Part shown: in pieces, positions 13,452 to 26,100 of the stretch | Layout: each line of letters starts with the position of its first letter | Position numbering within the stretch: the stretch's first letter is position 1 | Assembly: GCA_030704615.1 (NCBI GenBank) | Contig: CM060731.1 | Location: 66,960,001-67,024,000, forward strand | Reading direction: 5' to 3' | DNA from: Takakia lepidozioides | Taxonomy: Eukaryota; Plantae; Bryophyta | Length of the DNA stretch: 64,000 nucleotides | Made by a program: the position numbers and the translations under genes | The notes under the pieces: model-generated | Told to the model about the DNA's origin: nothing | The model's input: only the letters and a program-made list of their open reading frames with translations | Database searches by the model: none

Positions 13452-16400
13452 CAGAAACCGATGGAAATGTCTTAAGTGTTTGAAAGACTACTCTTCCAAG
13501 AGTACTTTTACAAACCATCTTACTCGGTGTGGATAACCACCTTTGCCACCTGGAGTGTGTGGTCGTCCACACACCAAGGCGATTGCTTATGATCCTGGTA
13601 CATCAAAAGCCCGATGTTGCAAATGATGGGCTCATGGCGAACAAGGCATAATTTGCTTCTTGCAAAGGCACGTACTCGATATGCCAACAAAACAAATCAC
13701 CTTTGGAGATAAAGCGAGACTTTGTCACCAACAATTGGGAATAAATTCTCATAACAATTCAGTTTTTGAAATCATGGATTTCATTTCAATTTGACGTTTG
13801 TTCTTAATGTTTTAGATATTCTCTATCTACGAGTTTGAAACATACATTACAAAACTTCTATTTTGGTTTCATTGGTCTATCTGTTTTGTGGATAAATAAA
13901 AAGATTGCACTAACAAATATATTTTCATCGACAAGTATGTAGAAAAGAGATGACTCCGGCCGAGGCCGGCGTAACTAAGAGCCACTTCGCATTGCAGCTA
14001 CTGCCCCCTTTCGAGGGTGGGCCCTATATAAGAACTATTGGGTGCCCGGAGGGCACCCCGTAACCTAAGGGATAGGTGCTCGGAAAGGTACCGCAGTGGG
14101 TACCCCTGGGGTTTGCAGAGTTTCAAAAGGTTGAAGAGATATGGGATTCAAGCTGCCTTTTGTTGGTGATAATAGCAGCGAGGGAGCGTATCGCAGTCAG
14201 GTGGATAGCCTTGAAGCATTTGTGTATAGGGGAAATAGGAATTTTGAAGTTATTGTGAAAGGCAGAGATACTAGCATTGTGGATGCTGCCTCTGGTGCCG
14301 GCACTACTGATCGTGAGGGGGCCCGTGGACCAGCCACGACGGCGAATGGCTAGGATGAGCGAAGTGCATTTTTGACGTTTTTCCAATGTAGAGGAGCTGG
14401 GGTAGCGGTCATTACAATACGTGAATTCAATAAAGTGTATGGTGGGGTTTGGGGATGGGGTGCTAGGCGGAGGCGCATTCATGGGCAACCCGCGGACTAG
14501 AAGTATGTCAGGACAGAGTCTGGTGGGACATGTGCAGGGTGAGGGTGGTTGGCATGAACAGGGCAGAAGCCATGAGGGTACAGTGTGGTCAGAGGGCCTA
14601 CCCTGATAGGTCCCCGCATTGATGAGTGAAAACCAGTGTGTTTCAAGTCGACATAGGAGTAGCTTATGGATGTGCCAAACAACATGGTTATATTGAGTGA
14701 GACGTAGGCCATGGATGATGGGATGTGTGCATTGGCTGAGTAGGTGGGGCCAAGTGTCACGGGCAGAGTGGGTGCTAGCACAGAGTGAACAGTTTGGGGA
14801 AGAGAAGAGGTGAGGCCAGAAGATATGTTTACGTTGGTGGTCCATGTATTGTGCATATCTGAAGTTGAGGGTCTGTTTTATTTGGGCATCGGTAGCAAGA
14901 TTAGTATGCCAAAAGTCATTAGACAACTTATGGTGTAGCACATTGGATTGCGTCCATTTTTGGACGTGTAGCTTAGTGTGGCTTGCAGAGGAGGAGGCTT
15001 GTTTGTTGGCTTCTAGAGTAAGAGTGTTAGAGAGATTGCGGATAGGGCGAGGCTCCGTGCGGCCTGGAACGGGGTGGATGAACCAAAATGGGTAGGTATG
15101 GGCAACATGGATGGGATCCGACATAGGGTCCACCTCGGATTGGGTGGCACCTCGTTCAGCAAAGAAGTCAGCCATTTCGTTGCCAGTGATGTCGGTGTGG
15201 GAGCGGACTTTAAGAAAGTGGATGGGCTGGTCTATGGAGATAACAATTTGAACTATGGCAAAAATTAGATTCCGGTCAGAGTGGTAGTGGTGAGAAGAGG
15301 ATCGATGGAGATGATTGCGGATGAGAAAGAGTGATGTAAGACTATCGGTAAAAATATAGTGGGGTGGGGGGAATGATGAGAGCTGGGTGAGGGCATCATG
15401 TATGGCCATGAGCTCGGCGCGAAGGATGGTGGCTGGGCCAGGGAGACGTAGGAAATGCCTTGGTTGGTAGCGGCGTGATAGATACCATACCCAGCCCTGG
15501 GACCTGCAATGAGGGATCCGTCGGTGTAGTGGGAGTGGGCAGGCGGGTATCTGAGAGGGAAATCCATCCGGGATATCGGGGGTTCGGTGTGAACAGGTGT
15601 GGTAGGGGGGACGGGTGGACGGGTGAGCATTCGAGACCATGTTTTGGATGAATTTATGTTAGGGTAAAGGCGGGGGGTAACGGGTTGGGGAGGGGGGATA
15701 TGGAATGTGGTGGCCTTCATGTTGTGTGTGTCTGTCAGAAGGCCTGCAAGTGAGGCGGGATGGGAAGTCAGCGGGTATAGGGGTAGTTGTGGTGGTGTGA
15801 TGGACAAGCAGTATGAGGGTTAAGGTGCGTTCTTGGTGTTTAAGGTGGGGAGGGGCGGGGTACGAGAGTATTGGATCTGGCCAGGGTCGATAGTAGCTAG
15901 AGGTGTAACCTCAGGGGGTAGCTCGGAGAGAGGGTGCAGGCTATTTGGCAGTTGTTGGTGTGTTAGAAGGAGGATGGTGGAGGCAAAGGGGGATGTTTGG
16001 GCCACGTGGCGAGCCCATTGTAAAGCGTCATGCATGTGGGATCCTTGGGGCAAGTGCGCAAAGCCGCGGCCCATCCAGGTATATTGAGAGGCAGAGCCTA
16101 AGGCTCCAAATATACAATCTCGGGGGTGTGGGCTTGAGTATGACGAGAGTGCCATAGGGCATGTAAGTGGGCTTGAGTAATAAGAGTGCGTAAGTTTATA
16201 AGGAGTGCTAGTATATCCGGGGGAAGGGTAGTATGGGATTGGGCTTGTGTTAGCTTGAGGAGGGAACGAGGTTTTTTGGAGGGGGCATCAGTCAAGTAGC
16301 GATCCACGAGCCAGCAGAGTTCAGTAGCAAAGTCATGTCCAACGGGCGTGAGCTGGCTAGGTGGCGGGTGTGCCATAGCCAGGTGAGTCTGTCATTAGGA

Positions 16401-18253
16401 ATGAGACCAATGAAGCGGCCATGAAAGGCATATAACTTGGACAGGCGCTTGCCGGAGCGTACTATAGGGGAGGTTTGTAGGATGTCTTTGTCAGGATTGC
16501 ATTATGTGATGCAGACATGTACCTCAGAGGCAACTAGGGGGTTATGGACGTACCGGGCGTCTATCGATTGGGTTTGGGATGTGTGTTGTTGGTGGGTATG
16601 GGCCAGGTAGTTGGTGTTAGTGGACTTATGAAATGCGGTGAGGAGGTCAAGGTTATGGGCCGGGTCACAGTCATCATGGGTTCCAAAGAGGTCGTCCTTT
16701 GCTTGCCAGGTATTATCTTCTGATGGATACCCAGCCCATTTGCATAAGTAGAAAGTGTCTAGGCATGTGGCGCCAAATTTGTCGATGGTGGTCTAAGTTC
16801 TGATCCCTATAATACCTTCGATAATGAAGGCTTCCGGATTGTCTGGGTTAATTTATCTCGGGGTTGAGGGCAAAGGCGGGGTGGTCGGGGTAAGCGGGGT
16901 AGAGGAGGTTTGGATAGGGGTGTGGGGGGTCGTTGAGCCAGAAGGTATGGTCATGTTTGAGCTGGTCATTTGGGAGGGGGACATAGAGTGGCAAGGCGAC
17001 AAGGGAGGGGTGTTAGAATTTGAAGGGTCAGGGTGAGCTTTATGTGCTGCCATCATACTGAGAATAGATGGTGTTGGGTGTGTTCTATATTGAGGAAGAA
17101 GATCTAGTATGTTATGGGGAAAGAGTTTGCATGGTAGGTCGCACTCAAGAGAACACGAGGGAGTCCTGTGGCAGAAAATGGTTCGAAGCAGGGACAGGTA
17201 TCAACATGTTTTGATGGTGGCTCTGGAGTATTTGAGAGTGAACTATCGGGGTGAGAGTAGTCTATAGCCAGAGGCAGTGGTGAATTGTGTAAGTGTTGTG
17301 ATGTGTTTGATTTTAAAGTAAGCAAGTATGGGCGTTTTTTGGCGGGGGTGAAGTTCCTCAAATTCAGGGAGAGATGGACTGTTAAGCCAGGCGATTTCAA
17401 GGGGTGAGATGGTGTTAGGATAGCCATGGAGATCGGTTTGTATGCTAATGTTCATTTGACGTAAGATGTACAGAGTTCTAGCGGTGGGAGAATGGTGGCA
17501 GGATTGGGGATGAAGTATGCAAAAGATGTTATGACAGTGTATGCTTTAAAGGATGAGAAACATATTGCGCAATGCAAGCTGAAAACACGGGAGTACATGG
17601 CAATAATGACGATGAGGGAAGTGAGCATCATTTTCCCTCATCATTTTCTTCATCATTCGTTGAGTGCTCACTTTCCACATCATCATTGTCCAACAAGTCT
17701 TTCATTGCCCTCTACTCCCGTGTTTTCAGCTTGCATTGCACAATATGCTTCTCATCCTTTAAAGCATACACTGCCATAACATGTTCTTCACACTTGTCGA
17801 TGAAAGTATTTTTGTTGGTGCAATCATTTTATTTATCCACAAACCAAATAGACCAATGAAACCAAAATAAGAGTTTTGTAATGTATGTTTCAAACACGTA
17901 GATAGAAATGAAATTGAAATGAGATCCATGATTTCAAGAACTGAACTTTATAAAAACTTATCCCTAGTTGTTTGCGACAAAGTGTCGTTTTATCTCCAAA
18001 ATGTGATTTGCTATGTTGGCATATTGAGTATGTGCCTTTGCAAGAAGCAAATTATGTCTTGTTCGCCATGAGCCCATCATTTTCAAACATCGGGCTTATG
18101 ATGCATCATGATCATAAGTAGTCGCCTTGGTGCGTGGACGACCACACACTCCAGGCGGCAAAGATGGTTGTCCACACCGACTAAAGATGGTCCGTGAAAG
18201 TACTCTTGGCATAGTAGTCTTTTGAACACTTAAGACATTTTTATCGGTTTCTG
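13452..18253. repeat. Long foldback (inverted duplication): left arm 13452-13948 + 17521-17627, ~35 bp loop, right arm 17665-18253; LINE inserted in left arm
   Basis: 13540-13570 (ctttgccacctggagtgtgtggtcgtccac) is the near-exact reverse complement of ~18134-18163. 17527-17595 (tgttatgacagtgtatgctttaaaggatgagaaacatattgcgcaatgcaagctgaaaacacgggagta) is the near-exact reverse complement of ~17713-17781. Confidence 0.92.
13949..17520 (-). mobile_element. 5'-truncated, degenerate non-LTR retrotransposon of Dualen/RandI type (chromodomain, MTase-like, RNase H, CCHC, RLE)
   Basis: TSD AAAAGA at 13943-13948 and 17521-17526. RNase H: YTDGS…RAELMAI…FTDS…KVRSHTDITGNEMAD (~15145-15535). Zinc knuckle: CSLC…HLLSQC. 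RLE: PDILLV…IHFIEFTYCND…EK. ORF stop at 14123, followed by a structured 3' UTR. RT is absent (truncated), and the copy has stops and frameshifts. Confidence 0.88.
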
Positions 18254-20175
18254 TCTTCATCAAAACTGAAATGTTCTCCAACAAAGTCCATGAACATTTT
18301 CACTAAATGGACAAAACATTAGCTAATCTCACGAAACCGCATATGTGTTTCATAACCTGTAGAATATTCAAAAACACTACTCTAAACTCAAATCAAAAGC
18401 AAGCTGGCACATATATGACACCAAAATTTAAGTTTAGACTACTTGAGACTAAACAATGTATTCACAATTGTTGGAAGACAAGTAGCAAGGAAGGCTACAA
18501 GAGAATCATAGAGACCGATAAAAAGAAAAAATTATAACGTCCACATAGGCTATGGGAGAGAAAAAGAAAAAGATTGGAAAGAGTGCTCCAAACAGCTTTA
18601 TCCATAGTGCAACTTTTCAAAAAAAAAAAACTTTAGTTCAAACAACACCCAATGTGACCATGCTAACGAGGAAGCTTATTTCTTTGGAGAAGGATATCAT
18701 TGGCATGTGTGTTTAAGATCGTCACCAAAGAACATTAGATTTTTATTTTGAGCAAACGATTCCAGACTATGAGTGTATTCCACATAAATAAGTTGCTCTA
18801 ATTTTTAACTGTTGTAATTTGTATGCTAGGCCTTGGATAAGTGATACATTTCTAAATGTTATATTTTGAAATCTTCCTCTCTCTATCTGATATCTTGTTC
18901 TTACTATATTTTCCAGACTCCTGAGGGGCCACAGTAGACCGTAGCTGTAGATGCCTTCCCGCCAGGGCCCAAAAAAACTGGTGAAGCAGCTTTGATTAGA
19001 GCAGGTGGCAGCTTTGTGTAGAGGTTTGATCGGACATGATATGGAGGTGAAAGTGCTTGTTATGGATGTCGCCGAAAGACCTCGAAGGGGACTGTCAGCA
19101 GAGGACAACTTGGGGACAATTTCTGCCTTTATTACAAAGGTCCGCCAGCTTGCTTGCCACTCCCCTATGGTCCAGTCCCAGATCACTAAACGCAGCATTG
19201 AACACAATATTGTCAACCTTGATTTAATGGCCTACTGCAGTGAACATTGTTTGTTTCCAATCTTGGCTGCTGCTCACCTAGCATCAAAGAGTTGTCTTAC
19301 TGGTGTATTTTGAGGGTCCAAGAGACTTGCCTGTCAGTGCATGCCAAACCCATGTTATGCCTCCAAAATCTTGCCGCCATATGGCCATGTCAAAATAAAA
19401 GTAGCCCGACGACATCTCGAAAAACCTAGCCTTCCACGTGAATGAAGTCTTCAAAAAGGACAGCAGAGCTTATCCGACGCATTATGTACAAAGTCTTGTC
19501 TAGTCACACAAGATATTCAACAACAATCAATGGTGCAAAAATAGTCGCTGGTCACAAAGACCGTTTCGATTGGATCCACAAAATTAACATTACAGTTATG
19601 TACATCAGCATCTATCAAACCACTACCCTCTGGTGGCAAGTTCACATAGTCCAGTCCATGCAAACTTCTTCCAATTCCAACGATGCAAGGTCATGTGAAA
19701 GGCCTAGATGATTGGCACATTATTCACTTGTATTTAACTGCTACTCACAGGAGATGCAGTAGCAGTGGCAACGATGTGATGCAGCTGGTCCATACAATAT
19801 CCCAGTCCCTGTATTGAAAGACCAGCTTACTCAAGATAGTGCTCAACAAATAGGAAGTGAAAATAGAGCGGAAAGATGAAAGAAGAGTCTCAGAATGAAA
19901 GAAAATAGAAAGAGCTCTACTAAGTGCTACAAGAACCTGCACAGCCACGCACTGTAAAACTGTAGCAGACTAAAGGAAAGGCCCAGCCACAAAAGGCTAA
20001 AGCAAAGGACACTACCACTGACAGCATTACTACTCATTCCGTGCCTCTGACTCTCTTTGCAGGACACCTGCCACTAGACTTCTGGCAGGGCCAGCATGTC
20101 TTTAGTACTGTAAGCTACTCAACTTTTGCTAAGATAGGCAAATGCTGTTCAGTTCGAAGCTGCATGCTTTTACAC

Positions 20176-23100
20176 TTATTCCTTCAACTTTAACCTGCTG
20201 AATAACACAAGAAAATGGCGCTCTGGGACTGAGTATACAAAACCGAGCTCAGAACCGTTTGTGTGACCAGCACCCTGCACTCACAGCCCAAGTATTTGGT
20301 CCCGTCAGCTTCCCTCTTGCAATATGTCCAGGGGCTCTTGTAATAAAGTCAAACACATGGAAAAATCACTCCCATCTACAACAAGGCCCACTTCCATGTA
20401 AGGTGGCAGCAGGGGGCAGCATGCCACACTACAGGACATAGCACCAACAAAGGCAGTATAAGTCTGCAAGCAGAATGGCGAGGCTGACAAACATTTCCTA
20501 CAATCCTCATCACAAAACAAACCACATGAACTATTTTATCTATCCTCCAGGAAGAGTTATGATCCCCAATCTCATGTTTTCTTCCTAGTTGCACTCCGGA
20601 GTGGTGAACACAACAGCACCTGTAATCCTCCACAGTAATTGGACAATGCTGCCTAACTTCAGCATGAACCTCATCTTGTATCAAACTTACCTACTCTCAC
20701 GTACAGGGTCACCCAATGTTACACCAGGCTAAAAACACTAGAACATTAGTCTCAGCATCTGGAGCGACTAGCAACATGATCCATGAAAATGTAGGAAGAA
20801 GGTGAGGGTATGAATACCTTGCCATCAAGAATCACAAGTTCACCATCTATCCACACTGGATTCCGGAAACCTGGTTCAGCCAACCTGCCCTGCCCTTTGT
20901 ACCTTGATACCTGTCCAATGTAATCAGAAGAATCCTGTGTCTTAAAACACCACCATTGGTTTCTTCATTTCCTAACACCGAAATGAGAATCTTATGAGAA
21001 CAAAACAATAAACTTCATTGAGGAGAGACTCATCCTCAGTCAGTCTGACGCAACACTCTACCCACCCTGCCATTTGCAAAAGGCTCTGATAACGGCTGCA
21101 TGTTTTATGGGGTGGACTTTGTAAACAACACATTTGCCGAACCTACAGGATCAGCCAATTTGCTTCAGGGGACAGAAAACCCAAAGGAAGCACTGGAACT
21201 TAGGACGATACCAAACCTCACTAAACAACAAAGAATCTAATTACATATGAAGGCAGAAGCCATACCACTCCAAGCTCCTCAGGGTACATCCCACGATGTG
21301 ATAACCGGCATTCTTTTCCTATCCTAGCCCGAAATGTTACCTGCATATGAAAAGCATGATGATGGACACCCACCAACAATTGTGCACACCACATTAGAAC
21401 TCTTTCAAGTAGGCAGACGTTTCCTGACTCTTTAAGTGTGTTTAGAGGCTATACTACAAATATAGGTATGCTAAGTATCCTGTAGCTCTTACAGGCAGCA
21501 CTGCTCGGCACCTACAACCCCAATTCACCAATTCAGTCTCTTACAAGTTTCACCTTCATTACATGTGGCATGACTCTTTCAATCTAAATCAGAGTGTTTG
21601 CATGCCAGTGCTCACCATTAGAAAATAAGTATGTTAACTGGGACGACAAACAGCCCACAACCTACTGTGATCAAATGCAAAGGCATCAGACACTTCATAT
21701 GTCTCACTCTTCCGTTGGGTTTCATTAAGATAGGCTGCTTATGGAAAAAACAAGAGCATGTTCACAACATAAAACAGTACCTGGCCAGCCGGCACGTTCA
21801 AGTCACCCGTCAGCTTCACAGCCTCAACATACTCAAAGAACTCTAACTTTTTACCACTAGAAATGGCTTCTTCGTCTTCCCAATGCCCATACTTGCGCTG
21901 TAATTGAACCACCTCAGAAGTATATGGCCCAAATGCACCAATATACAACCCTGCACAGACCATGTGCAAGTTGCTTCATGAACCCCTCCTGCACTACCGT
22001 TGGTGTCTATGCCTAAGAAAAAAGACAACCACATACACAAAGGTGAAAGGAGGAACAGACCACATAGTGGGTCGGTGCTGCTATCTGACACATTTATCCG
22101 ACGGAAGGAGGTGCTCTTAAACAGGCCACGCCGCCTTTGCGCTTGGCTAACTGCCAGCCTTATTATTTCTCCCATCTCCTTGGATACCTGCCCCAACTCA
22201 AGATCATCACCCATATGTGCATTTAAATAGCCTTCCAAGGTGGCTACAGTCTGTTCTCAACATCTGCACATTGACTGCATGTCTTATGTAGAAAGCTATG
22301 TAAGCCAGAGGGACTTGCTCATTCGCCATTCTGGGGCCTGGAAGTATGTGACGGAGACAGTGACAGAGCTATGGCAACCATATTGAAGGAATACAGCAAC
22401 TAGAGGACCTGTTGTGATTATTGTGAAGTGAGCAAATTGTTCCCTGATATTTTATGAACACTCCATGAACAGAAGACGAATGCATCAAGAGAGTAATACG
22501 ACACGACCCAAACTCACACTGACTTTTTTTTTTGAGGGAATTATGCAAACGTTGCTTCATTCATACCTTCACGGGCACTTTCTCCACGTTCCAAAGTACT
22601 TTTGCGACGTCATCAGGCATTAAGTCAGCTGACGCTTGTGTGGCAATTGTTGCTACTTTCCAAGAGGGAACCAACTCCTTCACTGAAGCTGCTGCTGGGG
22701 CACTACCATCATCTTCAATATGGAAGACGAACGAATTCCGACTTTTTGGCTCTAACCTGGCAGGAATGCGGACAGGAAGCCTAGGGGGCATAGAGTCCAC
22801 GTTGTTCTGATTAACTCCACCCACAACCAGCCTGATAGGAGTTCCCTTGTCTTCATTCTCAGAAGTGGTAGCACTTCCTCTTCCTACTGGAATTTTCCCA
22901 TCTAATGGAAATTTGTTGTCGATTGTCTTCTCACCATTGCTACTGCTGGTGCTGGCCTCTGCCAACTCATTAAGCTTAGTTTTGTCTTCCTCTGCCTCCT
23001 CCATCAGCTCTCCAACTATTTTTGGTAAGTCTGCCTCCACTCCATCTGGAGCAACCACCTTTGTACTTGCAAAATCCAAGCATACAAGTCAACAACAGTC

Positions 23101-26100
23101 CATAGATTGGCCTAAATGGATAGCCTCTTCCCGATTCCTCTACATGGAAGCTACTCCCAGCAATTTTTAGTAGTGGAAGAAATTCAATCATACGCAACAG
23201 GGTGATGTACTGATGGAACCCAAACATCTCAAACAGCTGCTACATACACATATCAAACACCATCTACAGTGTGGTAAATAGGCAATTAAGGATGATGAGT
23301 CCTTTACAAGTAGAGTGAACCAATTAATGCCCAGGTATGTCTTGGGCAGGGTCCCCACTTCAGTACATAATTTGAAACCAGCTTGAATGGAGAGGATGTT
23401 ATTCCCTTTTATGGATAACTTCAAATGTGCATTAGAAGCCCTCCATGCCTACCTGATGAGGAGCCTTATGAGATGCAAAGTACCCCATTTTAGATCATCA
23501 AGCGAAGGTCGGGCTACAAAGTTCGTCCAGATTATCTAAAATGGGAGGTTCCGTCCATTACCTTAAAAACCTTCAGCTTCACATCAGGCATTCGGTCCTT
23601 TAAAAAGTTAAGTATTTTGCTCAACCCTTCATCCAGCAAATCGGCATCTCCGGCCTTTCCTTTGTTGTCCTCAGAAACCTCCACTGACAACTCATCTGTT
23701 GACTTCAGCTCTTTGCCACCTTCTTCTGCCAAGTTCTCAATATCCATGACGCTCAGGTCAATGGCTTTGATGGACCCAGGCAAGGCCTCAGTGGCCACAT
23801 TGGCATCCCTTTGGAGATAGACAGCCTGCCACATTATCAAACTGCTTGAGTGGCACTGTGCAATCAAATAGTGCTCCACCGTGTTCTCGGCACCCTTCTA
23901 CACTACAGATCCTTCCAGTTTGACAATCTGAAAACAAAGCATACCTTGACACGTCCAGCCATACAAGCATCATGATAGTGCCCCCTTGACTAGTCCATAT
24001 GTTTCCAAGCCTCTTGTGTTAGTGATTAGTATCACATTGGAGATAGCGTCACATTGATGACAGGTTGCCTAACCCTGTCCAATACTGGCAGTAGTAACTA
24101 GCAGCAGTTGAACGTGAAGATTCTGAGAGAAGTCGAGCATTTCCATTTATCTCCCTAATGTGCTCACTCCTTCGTAGAATGGCAGTAGTGGTCGCTCTGG
24201 AGAGAGATGAAGAATGACCGATGGGTATTTCCCCTCTCAAAACTGCCCCCTATTATACGGCTCTCATTTTCCCCCCACTAATATTATTTCATCACCATTT
24301 ACAAGGATCCTCCAGAATCATAAATTGGTGGAGGTATCCTCCACCAGTGAAAGTTGTATCAGAATGGGAACTACTTGGTAGTGGAATGTGACAGCACAAA
24401 CCAGAAGAGCTTCACTGCTAAGCTGATACATAAATTGACTGTTGCGATTGCTGCAGTGAAGCAGCAAAAAAACATGAGGGGTAAGGAGAGAGTACTGGTG
24501 AGTGGATGCCCAGGGTCCACGATCGATATTGCAATTCTTCGAAACAAGTAATTGGGACATGCTATAGATGTACTGCAACAGATCCCTGCATTTGCAAGAA
24601 AGGTCTTTGTAAAATAACAGAACCCTGAGCATGGTCAGATCTATCCTCGCACCTGCAGTTGGTAGTCTCTTGCACCGTCCTTGGCAATGAAAACCTCAAA
24701 AATCGGGACGCCTGCGGCCGACGAAGCTAATTGCCTGAATCATCCAGAAGACGTGGTGGTTATACCCTAGAAACTTGCACATTCTTGAGATTATATGCGT
24801 ACCTCCAGCATCCAATTGTTAAAAAAAATAGGTTGGAATACAATGTGCAGCTACAATTTCAGCCTGAGGATGAACAAGAAACACAGCCTTCTTTTGCTGT
24901 GCAACATAATATCATGCAATAGCCCCACTGTTCCTTGTAGTTTTGGCAGTAAGTCCCCTGTCAGACAGCCACAAACTCTAAGCAACCCAACAGAATTCTG
25001 AAACAAACTTAAATGAGGGAACTACAGCTTCTCCAGGCACTGCGGGTGAAAAAGGCTATCCGGAGCAGCTATAAGGGACTGTGGACTGGGCAGACAGACC
25101 TAGCACTATAGCTTTTCGCCACAAGCCTGCCTTGGGCAGGATAGATGTTGATGATGCGACCATAAGGGTCATTTCCTCCTTCCGTTAAGCCAACCCACCA
25201 GCCCACCTGGTCATCCCAGACAACACTGACAGTCAGCAATTGTATCTCTGATGTGATAATATAAGCATGGCTTAAGAACCTTGCTTAAATAGCAATTTAA
25301 GATGAACTTCTGACAAGGAGGAAGAGGAAGATGACAAGGGTCGGGCGAAAAAGAAAGGACAGAGAATGTGGACCTGCAATACACTGTAGGTTCTCACTAG
25401 TTCTTGCCTAGTGAGATTTAGATTGGAAAGTTTCAAGAGTGGTTCATGTTCCCTAGCAGAATTCTGCATGAACTCAAATTTCAGCATCATGTAAACCTAT
25501 GTTTGCAGAGGGAAAAAGATGGAAGTGATTCAAACACACCAGACCAGCACCAGCCTTGTCCCGGAATAGGGCTGCGTCATCGTACCGCTCCTCCTCCAAA
25601 GCTCTCTGGGAGAAAAGACAATCAACCCATTGGTGGACAACACAGTAGCAGCATTAAGGCAGCCTATATGAACGATGAAAGCCTGTATACAGATGCACAG
25701 CTTCAGAGGTAGGTATACCTGAAGTTCATTCATAACCTCAGCAACAGTGTCAGTAGCAACCACAGCATCCAGGGCAGCCTTCAGCCTAGCAGCCTCTTGG
25801 AAGTTTTCATTCGAAACCGCCTCTTCCAATTGGAACTGTCCGAAAGAAAATACAGTAATGAAAATGAAAAATCACATCAGTTCGTCATTTGTAATTGAGC
25901 CATCAAACAACGATGAACTACGAAGAGCTTGGAGATAAGCAAATCTTTGGTTATGTAAAATGCTCAACTCATGCTGAACCCCAGCCTGACCAACTCTAGA
26001 TCAATCATGACACTTGATTCTGGAATTATGACAAAAGGTCGCCCTTTTTGAGGCAAAAATGGAAAAGATATTCCATAGCAGTGCCTGTTGTTTTCACTCG

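Noticed and set aside
13949-14030. Self-cleaving ribozyme in the LINE tail
   Set aside because: No hammerhead, HDV, twister or pistol core could be matched by eye.
18767-19711. ORFs on both strands downstream of EXECUTER
   Set aside because: No recognisable motifs or splice structure.
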